Source: an uncultured Acidimicrobiia bacterium
Lineage (GTDB): Bacteria; Actinomycetota; Acidimicrobiia; Spongiisociales; UBA5794
Reading direction: 5' to 3'
Assembly (NCBI GenBank): GCA_963704825.1
Contig: CAVPHV010000017.1
Span: forward strand, 167,325 to 231,324
DNA length: 64,000 nucleotides
Shown here: positions 1-9,363 of the stretch, piece by piece
Layout: each line of letters opens with the position of its first letter
Numbering within the stretch: the first letter of the stretch is position 1
Translations under genes and position numbers: made by a program
The notes under the pieces: model-generated
The model's input: the letters and a program-made list of their open reading frames with translations, nothing else
Told to the model about the DNA's origin: nothing
The model's database searches: none

Positions 1-71
1 TGACGTCGTCTCCTCATGGTGTTGACGCACCCCCTCAGACCGAAATCGACCTGGCGACGTTCGCTGCTCTT

Positions 72-96
72 CATCGTGGCGAAACCAGCTCGAAAC
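72..96 (+). promoter_or_regulatory. Putative GlnR-type box upstream of amtB (TTCAT-n6-GAAAC-n6-GAAAC)
   Basis: Sequence ttcatcgtggcGAAACcagctcGAAACatgg lies about 80-100 nt upstream of the amtB start. It resembles the actinobacterial GlnR a/b-site pattern gTnAc-n6-GaAAc. Called by eye only. Confidence 0.3.
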
Positions 97-173
97 ATGG
101 CCGCCGTAGGTTGCTCGGGTTGACCGGCGCCGACCGATACGGCGGCGGGCGTCGAGGACAATCTGTCGAGGAA

Positions 174-1526
174 ATGGGGCAAACGATGAGGCGAAGACTG
201 GCGGTCGTTGGTGTTGGGGCGAGCTTGGCGACGCTCGCGCTGGCTTCTCCGGCACTTGCGCAGGAGGAGATCAGCGCAGAGGCGGTCCAAGTCACGCTGG
301 ACAACATCTGGATCCTGATTGCGGCGGTGTTGGTCATCTTCATGCAGGCAGGGTTCGCGCTCGTTGAAGCCGGACTCACTCGGGCCAAGAGCGTCGCCAA
401 CATCATGATGAAGAACCTGATGGACTTCTCGGTGGGGGTGCTCGCCTTTGCCCTCGTTGGTTTTGCCATCGCCTTTGGCTCGGGCAACAGTCTCTTCGGC
501 ACCGAAGGGTGGCTGCTGAATCCCAACGTGTTCACCGAGGGATACTTCGGCACGCTCACCCTCCCGACCTTTTTTGTATTCCAGGTTGCTTTCGCCGCGA
601 CGGCCGCGACGATCGTCTCCGGAGCGATGGCGGAGCGTACGAAGTTCAAGAGTTACTTCGTCTACAGCTTCTTCATAACTGCGCTGATCTACCCGGTCGT
701 CGTGCACTGGTTGTGGGGAGGAGGCTGGCTGGCCGAACTTTCGACGCCGATGATCGACTTCGCCGGTTCGACGATCGTGCACAGCGTTGGCGGCTGGGCC
801 GCGCTCATGGGAGCGCTCATTCTCGGCCCTCGCATCGGCAAGTACGACAAGGATGGCAAGCCGCGAGCCATTCCCGGTCATTCGATCCCGTTCGCGATCA
901 TCGGCGTATTCATCCTGTTCGTCGGCTGGTTCGGGTTCAATCCTGGGTCCGAGCTTGCGGCGGATTTGGCAGTCGGCTCGATTGCCCTGACCACGCTGAT
1001 CGCCGGTGCGGCCGGTGGCGTGTTCGCAACGATCACGGTTTGGTTGAAGACGGGGGTTCCGGATGTGGCGATGGCGGGCAACGGTGTCCTCGCCGGGCTC
1101 GTCGGTATCACGGCCGGCACGGCCAACGTCGCAAACTGGGGCGCCTTCATCATCGGGGCCCTCGCTGGGGTTCTCGTCGTGTTCTCGGTGTTCTTCATCG
1201 ATCGGCGCGGCGTTGACGATCCGGTTGGTGCCATCTCCGTCCATGGAGTCTGCGGGGCCTTTGGCACCCTGATGGTCGGGTTGCTCGCAACTGAGGGTGG
1301 CCTTTTCTACGGCGACGGGTTCGATCAGTTGTTGACGCAGCTGATCGGGGTGGTGGCCGTATTCCTGTTCGTGACGATCACGGCCGGATTGCTGTTCCTC
1401 GCCATCAAGGCGACGATAGGGCTTCGGGTTCCCGCCGATGAAGAGCTGGCCGGTCTCGATGTGATCGAGCACGGCGCTCCCGGGTACGGTCCAGACGTTT
1501 CCGCCATGGCTTCGGCCGCGGGCTGA
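174..1526 (+). CDS. amtB: Ammonium transporter (Amt family)
   Basis: Multi-TM protein with a signal-like N-terminus. The strong Amt-family similarity is recalled, not searched. It lies immediately upstream of glnK, the classic amtB-glnK arrangement. Start chosen at the ATG at 174 (alternative 186); the ORF track extends it to a TTG at 111. Confidence 0.9.
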   Translation: MGQTMRRRLAVVGVGASLATLALASPALAQEEISAEAVQVTLDNIWILIAAVLVIFMQAGFALVEAGLTRAKSVANIMMKNLMDFSVGVLAFALVGFAIAFGSGNSLFGTEGWLLNPNVFTEGYFGTLTLPTFFVFQVAFAATAATIVSGAMAERTKFKSYFVYSFFITALIYPVVVHWLWGGGWLAELSTPMIDFAGSTIVHSVGGWAALMGALILGPRIGKYDKDGKPRAIPGHSIPFAIIGVFILFVGWFGFNPGSELAADLAVGSIALTTLIAGAAGGVFATITVWLKTGVPDVAMAGNGVLAGLVGITAGTANVANWGAFIIGALAGVLVVFSVFFIDRRGVDDPVGAISVHGVCGAFGTLMVGLLATEGGLFYGDGFDQLLTQLIGVVAVFLFVTITAGLLFLAIKATIGLRVPADEELAGLDVIEHGAPGYGPDVSAMASAAG

Positions 1527-1540
1527 GAGGAGTAGCGAGA

Positions 1541-1879
1541 ATGAAACTGGTTACCGCAGTCATCAAACCGCACATGGTCGATCAGGTCAAAGATGCACTA
1601 CGCGCCGTCGGTGTCCAGGGGATAACCGTCACCGAGGTCAAGGGATTTGGACGCCAGGGCGGACACAGCGAAACGTACCGGGGAGCCGAGTACAAGATCG
1701 ACTTCACCCCGAAGATGAAACTGGAGATCCTGGTTGACACCGAGGACGTGTCGAGCGTCACCGCCGTGATCCAGACGACCGCAGGCACCGGCCAGATCGG
1801 GGATGGGAAGATTTGGGTTACTCCCGTCGAGGCGGTTGTCCGGATCCGTACCGGGGAGAAAGGCAAAGACGCGATTTGA
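1541..1879 (+). CDS. glnK: Nitrogen regulatory protein P-II
   Basis: 112 aa, MKLVTAVIKP...GFGRQGG...TGEKGKDAI; canonical P-II including the T-loop Tyr (RGAEYKIDF). 14 nt downstream of amtB. Confidence 0.93.
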   Translation: MKLVTAVIKPHMVDQVKDALRAVGVQGITVTEVKGFGRQGGHSETYRGAEYKIDFTPKMKLEILVDTEDVSSVTAVIQTTAGTGQIGDGKIWVTPVEAVVRIRTGEKGKDAI

Positions 1880-1884
1880 GCGTC

Positions 1885-1917
1885 GGGGGCTGGGTGCCGA
1901 AGCGGTGCTCAGCCCCC
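1885..1917. terminator. GC-rich hairpin between the convergent glnK and glnD 3' ends (candidate bidirectional terminator)
   Basis: gggggctg (1885-1892) pairs with cagccccc (1910-1917); 8-bp stem, 17-nt loop. It overlaps the glnD stop codon. Confidence 0.3.
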
Positions 1918-4317
1918 GAGGCGGTCGCGCAGGCGGCCCACCAGGGCGGTCAACTCGGGTCCGGTTCGGATCGGGACACCAAGTCGGCGCACGTAGAAGA
2001 CATCGCGCGCCTGGCCGCCCATCGTGTCGACCCGCGCCAGGTGGATGTCGAGGCCCTCTCCGTGCAGTGCCTCGACGATTCTGGTGAGTAGACCGAACCC
2101 GTCTTGCGCCCTCACCTCGATCACCGTGAATTGGCCCGCCTCGTGTCCCCGCACCTCGAATGCGCTCCTTTTCTGCCCGTCGACTCGGTAGGCGAGGGTC
2201 TTCTCGCTGATCTTGGTCTGCAGTGCATGTTGGTCGGAGAGCAGCGCAAGCAAACTGGCAAGAAGTCGGTCCCACCGATCCGGCGCTACCACTCCTTTGG
2301 TGAGTTCATCCCGCACGCGGAACGTATCGAGAACGACGCCATCCGACCGGGTGCGCAGGCGGGCTTCCATCACCTCGACACCGTTGGCCGTGAAGGCGCG
2401 GGTCACGGCGAGCAGGAATCCAGACCGATCTTCTCCGACAACCAGCACGCGACCAGGGTCGTCGGGGTCAACGGACACTTGGGCCGGCCTTTCAAGGACA
2501 GACGTCATCTCGATATGCCAGACGACGTCGCGCGGCGTCGCCGCGTCGAGGTACTCGGCCGCCATTGCGGCCACGTGCTCCTCGATGGCGCGACGGTCGA
2601 GCGTCGGTCCTGCGGTCGCCACGATGGCGTCGATGTCGGGGGTGGCGCGCGGCGCGCTGCCTGCAGTGATTGCCGTGCTCACCTTGCTGTATAGGTCGTG
2701 CAACAAAGCCGCCCGCCACTCGTTCCACATAGTCGTTCCGGTGGCCCGCAGATCCGCAATAGTCAGGAGATACAGCACGTTGAGGCGATGGAGGTCTCCG
2801 ATCTGGGTCGCCACCTCGTCGATGACGGCTGGGTCTGCGGTGTCCCTCCTGGTCGCGGTCTCCGAGAGCAGCAAGTGGAGGCGAACGGCATCGGTGACTG
2901 CCCCGATCGTTGCGGGACCGTAGCCGACGCGTCGCATGAAGCTCGCGGTGAGGTCAGCACCGACGATCTGGTGATTGCCGCCACGCGCTTTGCCGATGTC
3001 GTGCAAGAAGGCGGCGAGCAACAACTCCTCTGTCGATCCGACCTCGTCGGCCAGGGCACCGGTTTCGTCATGGCTTGCGATCAGACCGAGCATCTCGTCG
3101 ACGGTTCGCCACAGATGGGCACCAACTGGGTGGTCGTGAAACGGTGCAAGTTGTGGAGCCGTCGCCACCGGGCCCCATTCCGGGAACTCCCGATCGACCC
3201 AGCCCAGCTCCTCGAGGCGTCCGAAGATCGCTCTGCCTCTTGGGCCTCCAGACAGGAGGGTCACGAACGCAGCGCGATCGTCGGCCGACCATTTGCCCAC
3301 TGAAGCTGCCCGCACCACCTCTGCTTCACCTCGCGTGAGGCTGGCGCCGTTGCGGCGGCCCGCCGCTCTCACCGCGATGGCGAGAACGCCCGTCTCGCTG
3401 CTGGTCGCCTCGCCTGATGCCGAGAAGCGGCTTCGGATGGTGGCGAAGACCCGCCGGCCGAACCCTGCGAGGGGAGTTCGGTCGACATGGAGGTCCGGCC
3501 AGCGCCTATCGGCAAGCCGATCACCGGTATCGAGGGCTGTGGTCATGTCGGCTGCGAGCGAGTACACATCTGTCTCGAGCCAGCGCGCAGCCGAATCGCG
3601 CAGGTCCACCACGAATCGGTCCATGGCCCGGCCGGCTGCGGCGTGGAGGGCATTGCGAATCGACAGCAGGCTGGCTCGGGCTTCAACCTCTTCTTGTCCG
3701 GGCACGTCGACGTCGAGACCGATGAGTTCTGCACGCCGCCGCTCCCACCAGAAGCCCTGGTGGGTCCGCAGTGCACCTCGGCCTTCCTTCACGTCTGCCG
3801 TCATGGTGGGGTACGGCTCGACAACCCGACGCTCCCGTTCCTGCGCCACGAGCCGCGAACTCAGCGGATGCGTGCGAACCAGATCCGCGACCGTTGCCAT
3901 GAGGTCGGCGAACAGTTCCTCGTCACCGGCCACCAAACGGGCCGACAGAAGCGAAGTGAGGGTATCCAGGCGATCACCGCCGGCGTCTCGACTCTCGGCA
4001 ACGGTTCGCACCGCGTGGCCGACCTTCAGATTGGCGTCCCAGAGGGGATAGAGAACCGTTCGGATCAGAGACTCGGGGTCGCCGCCTCGATGCAGCAGCA
4101 TGACGTCGATGTCCGACCAGAGGCATTGTTCCTCACGCCCATACCCGCCGAGGGCAACGACGGCTGCGTCGGAGCCGACATCAACCGCAAGCTCACGCAG
4201 GGCTGAATCGAGGCTGTTGCTGAGGGCGGCACAGGTGTCGAGTCCACCGTCCCCAATCCGCTCATGGGCGAGCCGGCGACGGAGGTCGAGGAAGGGTTCG
4301 AGGGGTGGGAGAGTCAG
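1909..4317 (-). CDS. glnD: [Protein-PII] uridylyltransferase/uridylyl-removing enzyme GlnD (start codon unresolved)
   Basis: HD domain (AAFLHDIGKARG...) and C-terminal ACT domains. The ATG-based ORF begins at 4101 inside the nucleotidyltransferase domain. The frame stays open up to the TAG at 4420-4422 and encodes the conserved NTase motif VVALGGYGREEQCLWSDIDVMLLH upstream of 4101. There is no ATG/GTG/TTG in that stretch; a CTG lies at 4317. Confidence 0.85.
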   Translation of the reverse strand: MTLPPLEPFLDLRRRLAHERIGDGGLDTCAALSNSLDSALRELAVDVGSDAAVVALGGYGREEQCLWSDIDVMLLHRGGDPESLIRTVLYPLWDANLKVGHAVRTVAESRDAGGDRLDTLTSLLSARLVAGDEELFADLMATVADLVRTHPLSSRLVAQERERRVVEPYPTMTADVKEGRGALRTHQGFWWERRRAELIGLDVDVPGQEEVEARASLLSIRNALHAAAGRAMDRFVVDLRDSAARWLETDVYSLAADMTTALDTGDRLADRRWPDLHVDRTPLAGFGRRVFATIRSRFSASGEATSSETGVLAIAVRAAGRRNGASLTRGEAEVVRAASVGKWSADDRAAFVTLLSGGPRGRAIFGRLEELGWVDREFPEWGPVATAPQLAPFHDHPVGAHLWRTVDEMLGLIASHDETGALADEVGSTEELLLAAFLHDIGKARGGNHQIVGADLTASFMRRVGYGPATIGAVTDAVRLHLLLSETATRRDTADPAVIDEVATQIGDLHRLNVLYLLTIADLRATGTTMWNEWRAALLHDLYSKVSTAITAGSAPRATPDIDAIVATAGPTLDRRAIEEHVAAMAAEYLDAATPRDVVWHIEMTSVLERPAQVSVDPDDPGRVLVVGEDRSGFLLAVTRAFTANGVEVMEARLRTRSDGVVLDTFRVRDELTKGVVAPDRWDRLLASLLALLSDQHALQTKISEKTLAYRVDGQKRSAFEVRGHEAGQFTVIEVRAQDGFGLLTRIVEALHGEGLDIHLARVDTMGGQARDVFYVRRLGVPIRTGPELTALVGRLRDRLGG

Positions 4318-4419
4318 CGCGGGCTCCCAACCAAGATCGGGGCAGCAATGTGGGTGCCGGAGCTGAAGTGGATCGGGGTTTCCATGGGGGTTGCACCGTA
4401 TTCGTTCAGGGGTGCCGGG

Positions 4420-5406
4420 CTATTCCAGTTCCCAGATGAGTGGGACGATTCGGTGTGTGCCATCGAGTCCCTTGAGTGACACGGCCATCGGTTCACCGAA
4501 CTCGAAGCCGTGATCGCCCGCCAGTTCTGCGGTAACGGCAGAAGCCATGATCTCGCCTCCCTCAGCTGCGGCGGCGATGCGTGCCGCTTTGTTCACCGTC
4601 AATCCGAAGTAGTCGCCCTCGGCATGGAGTACATCTCCCGAGTGCAGCCCGACTCGGACGCTGAAGTCGACGACGGGAGATGCTGTGGCGACCGCCCGCT
4701 GAATCTTCACCGCGGCAGACAGACCGCCACGGGCAGATGCGAATGTGTACATCCCGCCATCACCGAGCGTCTTGACCACGGTGCCGCCTTCCGCCTCGAC
4801 GATCCGTCGCAGCGCGTCGAAATGGGATCGCAACACTGCCGACCAGCGTTCGTCACCTATCGCCTGGGAGATCTGCGTCGAATCCGCGATGTCAGTGAAC
4901 ATCACCGTTGCGGTTCCGGCCGAAACGTCCGCTGCGTCCCCGCGATCACCCTCGCCGTCGAGCGAAGACACCAGCGCATCAAGACTCGTCGTCAGCTCAA
5001 ACCCATAGAGGTCCTCGTTCGGGACACCGATCGAGTTGTGCATCTGGATGATGCGCCACGTCCCTGCCTCGAGCAGCAGCACGAAGGTCGACCTCATCAG
5101 CACCGGGTCGCCCAGAGTGGCCATCGCAGACCTCGCGGCAGCCCAACCGACCCGTCCGTCCTCGAACGCCCGGAGATGAGAGAGCTGAAGATGCGGTGAA
5201 GAAAACCCCTCGCGGACCCCGGTCAGCTCGCGCGACTGCTCCTTGCTCACCTCCGAAAGCTCGTTCCGGCCCACCCACCATTCATCTGCATCGGTGCCGA
5301 TGCCCAAGAAGTCGGAGGATGTCGACAGGAGATTGAAGGCGGTCTCGTCGTCGACCCCTGAGAGGTAGCGACGAACCAGCGCCTCGATTTCAGGTGACGG
5401 CTTCAT
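4420..5406 (-). CDS. Class III adenylate/guanylate cyclase with N-terminal NTF2/SnoaL-like domain
   Basis: C-terminal catalytic domain VMFTDIADSTQIS...GLHSGDV...GLTVNKAARI. The N-terminal ~150 aa (EWWVGRNEL...TWRIIQMHNS) look like an NTF2-like fold. Confidence 0.8.
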   Translation of the reverse strand: MKPSPEIEALVRRYLSGVDDETAFNLLSTSSDFLGIGTDADEWWVGRNELSEVSKEQSRELTGVREGFSSPHLQLSHLRAFEDGRVGWAAARSAMATLGDPVLMRSTFVLLLEAGTWRIIQMHNSIGVPNEDLYGFELTTSLDALVSSLDGEGDRGDAADVSAGTATVMFTDIADSTQISQAIGDERWSAVLRSHFDALRRIVEAEGGTVVKTLGDGGMYTFASARGGLSAAVKIQRAVATASPVVDFSVRVGLHSGDVLHAEGDYFGLTVNKAARIAAAAEGGEIMASAVTAELAGDHGFEFGEPMAVSLKGLDGTHRIVPLIWELE

Positions 5407-5552
5407 CAGACGCGATTGTATGCGGCCCAGAGGACCGGCGATTCGGCCTCAGTCGACGGCACAGAGAGCAGCAGGCACGCCGCTTCAAAGATGTGGGGCA
5501 TCGCCCGAGTGGTTGGCCCCCGAGCCGCGCCGAATCCGCTTGAATCGCACCC

Positions 5553-6665
5553 ATGGACAAACGGGCCACCAGCCTCGAGCTCTTCTTCGACCTCGTGTTC
5601 GTGTTCGCCATCACCGAGGTGGCCGGGTTGGTGCACGACGATCTGACCTTCCAAGGTTTTGCCCGCGGCGCCATCGTGATGGCCATCTTGTGGTGGGGGT
5701 GGTCCCAGTTCACGTGGGCTGCCAACGCCATCGACCTCGAACCACGGCGGGTGCGAGCCGTCATCCTCGCCGCCATGGGGGTGGCCCTGATCATGGCGCA
5801 GTCGGTGCCCACCGCGTTCGTCGATGGGGGTCTCTGGCTCGCCGTCGGCTATGCCGCCCTGCGTGGGCTCGGCCTCTGGCAGTACTGGGTCGGCACCGAG
5901 GACGACGCGGGAACGAGGCAAGCGCTGTTGCCGTTCATCCGGTGGTCGTCGCTCGGGCCCGCAGTGATGATCCTTGGTGCCTTCCTCGACACCCCGGCGC
6001 GCAGCATCATATGGGTCATTGCGCTCGGGCTCGAGATCCTGGCCGCATCGCGCGCCGGGCGCGGGCCGTGGACGATCAACGCCGGCCACTTTGCGGAACG
6101 CCACGGCCTCATCGTGATCATCGCCCTTGGCGAAACCATCGTGGCCGTCGGTCTCGGCGCCTCCGATCGGCTGCCATCGTTCGAGGTTGCCGCGGTCTTG
6201 CTCATTGCACTCGCCGGCAGTTGCATCCTGTGGTGGGCCTACTTCGACTGGCTGGCCGACTTGTGGGAGGGCGAGCTCAAGCTCGTTTCCGCCGACCAGG
6301 CCGGTAGCTACGCCCGCGACGTGTACTCCTTCCTCCACTACCCAATGATCAGCGGCATCGTGCTCTACGCCCTCGCCGCCGAGGAGATGGTGGCGCATCC
6401 CGAGGAGGCCCTCACTTCCGGCGCCCAGTTCGCCCTTGGTCTGGCTTTGGCGCTCTATCTCGGCGGGCAGGTGCTGGCCACCTATCGCAGCAGCCGCCGC
6501 ATTCTGTGGGATCGCGTCGCAGCGGGGGCGGTGCTTCCCGTCGTCATCCTGTTGACCGGCTCGTTGGCGGCACCCTGGACGATCGGGATCGTGATGGGGC
6601 TGCTCCTGGCGGCCCTGGTCGTCGAACACGTAGGGCGTCGCGGCCGGGTCCCCGCGGCCACCTGA
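5553..6665 (+). CDS. Low-temperature-requirement A (LtrA) family membrane protein
   Basis: N-terminus MDKRATSLELFFDLVFVFAITE is the LtrA-family signature; multi-TM. The opposite-strand ORF 5406..6674 is a GC-shadow frame. Confidence 0.75.
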   Translation: MDKRATSLELFFDLVFVFAITEVAGLVHDDLTFQGFARGAIVMAILWWGWSQFTWAANAIDLEPRRVRAVILAAMGVALIMAQSVPTAFVDGGLWLAVGYAALRGLGLWQYWVGTEDDAGTRQALLPFIRWSSLGPAVMILGAFLDTPARSIIWVIALGLEILAASRAGRGPWTINAGHFAERHGLIVIIALGETIVAVGLGASDRLPSFEVAAVLLIALAGSCILWWAYFDWLADLWEGELKLVSADQAGSYARDVYSFLHYPMISGIVLYALAAEEMVAHPEEALTSGAQFALGLALALYLGGQVLATYRSSRRILWDRVAAGAVLPVVILLTGSLAAPWTIGIVMGLLLAALVVEHVGRRGRVPAAT

Positions 6666-6681
6666 GGACAACACGCCCGAG

Positions 6682-7512
6682 CTAGCCGACCGAGACCAGG
6701 GCCACCGCCGCCAGCGCCAGCGCCAATCCGACGATCCGCCGGGTGGTGAGGCGTTCGTGGAAGAACATCCGGGCCAGCAGCACCGTGGCCGCCGGGAACA
6801 TTGCAGCGATCACTGTTGCCACCGCCAGCGACTCGAGACCCGTGGCGATGATGAAGAAGCCGTTGCCGATCGCCGTCAGCGACCCTGCGGCGATTCCCGG
6901 AGCCCTGGCATCGCGGGGGAGTATGAGGCTCTTGCCGAGCCAGAGCGCGACCACTGCGATCAGGATGCCTCCGGCGATGCGCGATGGGAGCAGCGCCCAG
7001 ATGCTCGAACCGTCCGCCGTGAAGCTGAGGAAGATGAGCTGCGCCCCAAATCCGAGACCGGCGATCAGGCCGAAGCGAAGCCCGTCGCGGTCTCCGGCGA
7101 GGACTTGACGGTTCCCACCGCTGACCAGCCAGATGGCGGCAAGGCCGACGACGATTCCGGCAACCACTAGGCCGGTGGGGAAGTCCCCGGTGACGATGCT
7201 CCATACCACGGGCCAGGTAGCGGCGCCGACCGCAGCGATCGGGGACACGACGGCGACGTCGCTGCGAGTGAAACCGGTGTACAGCCCCATGACTCCCATG
7301 GCGCCGCCGACGCCGGCCAGCGAACCCCACATGATGAGTTCAGGGGTCAGGCTGCCGTCGAGGAAGGGAGCGATGGCAAGTACGGTGACGGCGCCGGCGA
7401 CATGGTTCCATGTCCCCACCGCCCACGTGTTGGCCCGACGACTCGCCAAACCTCCGAGGAAGTCACCCGTGCCCGCAAACGCCGCGGCAAGGGCGGCGAG
7501 TAGAACGCCCAT
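6682..7512 (-). CDS. EamA/DMT-family transporter
   Basis: 276-aa, 10-TM-like protein with two EamA-like halves rich in Gly/Ala/Val. Confidence 0.72.
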   Translation of the reverse strand: MGVLLAALAAAFAGTGDFLGGLASRRANTWAVGTWNHVAGAVTVLAIAPFLDGSLTPELIMWGSLAGVGGAMGVMGLYTGFTRSDVAVVSPIAAVGAATWPVVWSIVTGDFPTGLVVAGIVVGLAAIWLVSGGNRQVLAGDRDGLRFGLIAGLGFGAQLIFLSFTADGSSIWALLPSRIAGGILIAVVALWLGKSLILPRDARAPGIAAGSLTAIGNGFFIIATGLESLAVATVIAAMFPAATVLLARMFFHERLTTRRIVGLALALAAVALVSVG

Positions 7513-7575
7513 TACCGCACGCTAACGGGATCCTGAGAGTGGCGCCCGTCGGCAAGTCACCTACTCTGCTCACTC

Positions 7576-8400
7576 ATGCGAATCGGATACCAGGGCGAAG
7601 CCCACTCCTACAGCTTCCGGGCAGCCAATGAGCTGTTCCCGGCAGACGAACATGTCGGCCTACCCAGCTTCGTGGCTGCCTTCGCCGCGCTCGAGGACGG
7701 CTTCGTCGAGCGCCTGGTGCTGCCCGTGCAGAACTCCACAACGGGCAGCGTGCTGCCCGTGCTCGACCGGCTCCCCGGCACGAAGGACCACGGACCCATA
7801 TCGATCATTGCCGAACACCTCGTCGAGGTTCGACATGCGCTGCTCGGCGTTTCCGGAGCCACCGTCGACGGGCTGCGGGTGGTCAAGTCCCATCCCGAGG
7901 CGCTCGCCCAGGCCGAAGCACGTCTCCTCGACCTGGGGGTCGAGGCGGTCCCCCGTCACGACACCGCCGGGGCGGTCCGCGAGGTGGCCGCCGAGGCCGA
8001 CCCAACCATTGCGGCGCTTGCCCCGCCGGAAGCCGGTCCACCGCACGGGCTCATCGTCCTGGCGGAGAACGTCCTCGACCAGGACCACAACACGACCCGT
8101 TTTGTGGTCCTGGCACCGGGCGAGCCGCAGGTCAATTCCGACGATGACAAGACCACCTTGGTCTTCATCACCGAGCACCGCCCCGGTGCCCTCGCCCTCG
8201 CTCTCACCGAACTCGGTTTGCGGGGTGCCAACCTCACCAGGATCGAGTCACGTCCCTCGAGCGAGGCATGGAGCTATCGGTTCTTCGTCGACCTCGAACA
8301 CGACCCCGGTCCCGAGGGGTTGCGCCACGTCATCGATCCGCCACCCGCCACCCTGGCCCACCTCCAGGTGCTGGGCAGCTACCGTGCCGACCGTCGCTGA
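7576..8400 (+). CDS. pheA: Prephenate dehydratase
   Basis: PDT domain followed by an ACT domain with the TRIESRPS motif; 274 aa. Confidence 0.88.
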   Translation: MRIGYQGEAHSYSFRAANELFPADEHVGLPSFVAAFAALEDGFVERLVLPVQNSTTGSVLPVLDRLPGTKDHGPISIIAEHLVEVRHALLGVSGATVDGLRVVKSHPEALAQAEARLLDLGVEAVPRHDTAGAVREVAAEADPTIAALAPPEAGPPHGLIVLAENVLDQDHNTTRFVVLAPGEPQVNSDDDKTTLVFITEHRPGALALALTELGLRGANLTRIESRPSSEAWSYRFFVDLEHDPGPEGLRHVIDPPPATLAHLQVLGSYRADRR

Positions 8401-8423
8401 GAGGGCTCCGGTACGCTTGCCGC

Positions 8424-9293
8424 ATGCAGGTCCGGCGCTACTCCGATGCAGGTGAGTTCCTGGAGGCTTCCCGCCCCCTCTTGCTGGCGGCCGAGGACCG
8501 GCACAACCTGATCCTGGGGATCACCGGGACCCTGATCCACCGTCCCGGCTTCTACTCCGACTACCGGCTGTGGGTTGTCGCGGATGACGACGCTCCGCAG
8601 GCGGCGGCGCTCATCACCGTTCCCTTTCGGCTCGTCCTCGCCGAGGCTGCCGACCCGGCCGCTCTGCGGGTACTGGTCGACGCCGTGAGGTCGGACGGCG
8701 TTGCCGTTCCCGGCGTCGTCGGCAACCGCCCCGTCGTCGATGACTTCGTGGTGATGTGGACCGAAGTGACCGGGGACACCGCCGAGTTGTCAATGACCCA
8801 GGGGGTGTTCGCCCTGCAGCAAGTCAATCCGGTGCCCGTCGTTGCCGGGCAACCCCGCCGCGCCGTGCTCGCCGACCGGGAACTGTTGATCGACTGGTAC
8901 ACGGCCTTTGCGACAGAGGCGCTCGGCGAAGAGGAGAACCCGATCCGAGATCGTCTGGAGCAGACGGTGGACCTTCACCTCGATGCCAGCGATGCCGACG
9001 CGGTGTGGCTGTGGGATGTCAACGGTGACCCTGTGGCCCTCTCCAGCTTCGGGCGAAGCACTCCAAACGGTGCCCGCATCGGCCCGGTCTATACCCCACC
9101 GCGCCACCGCAGCAACGGGTACGGCACCGCCTTGGTGGCCGCCCAATCACAGTGGCTACTGGATCACGGCAGGCGTTTCTGCTTCCTCTACACCGATCTG
9201 GCCAACCCAACCTCCAACGCCATCTATCGGCGCATCGGCTACGAGCAGGTCACCGAGTCGGCCGAGTACGTGTTCTCCGCCCCGGCTGAATAG
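8424..9293 (+). CDS. GNAT-family N-acetyltransferase
   Basis: C-terminal GNAT core (RIGPVYTPPRHRSNGYGTALV...YRRIGY). Start moved to ATG 8424 (MQVRRY...) because the ORF-track start at 8268 overlaps pheA. Confidence 0.72.
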   Translation: MQVRRYSDAGEFLEASRPLLLAAEDRHNLILGITGTLIHRPGFYSDYRLWVVADDDAPQAAALITVPFRLVLAEAADPAALRVLVDAVRSDGVAVPGVVGNRPVVDDFVVMWTEVTGDTAELSMTQGVFALQQVNPVPVVAGQPRRAVLADRELLIDWYTAFATEALGEEENPIRDRLEQTVDLHLDASDADAVWLWDVNGDPVALSSFGRSTPNGARIGPVYTPPRHRSNGYGTALVAAQSQWLLDHGRRFCFLYTDLANPTSNAIYRRIGYEQVTESAEYVFSAPAE

Positions 9294-9363
9294 AGCGGAC
9301 GCTCGCCACTCGGTACCCTCTAGAGCGTGTCATCTGATTTGCTGCTCGTCCTGTTGTTGATCT

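Noticed and set aside
5406-6674. 422-aa minus-strand ORF
   Set aside because: Antisense to the LtrA gene. Its Arg/Gly/Pro/His-rich composition is typical of a high-GC shadow frame.
8268-8423. N-terminal extension of the GNAT ORF overlapping pheA
   Set aside because: The extension is Arg/Pro-rich and overlaps the pheA coding sequence. The internal ATG at 8424 gives a sensible GNAT N-terminus.
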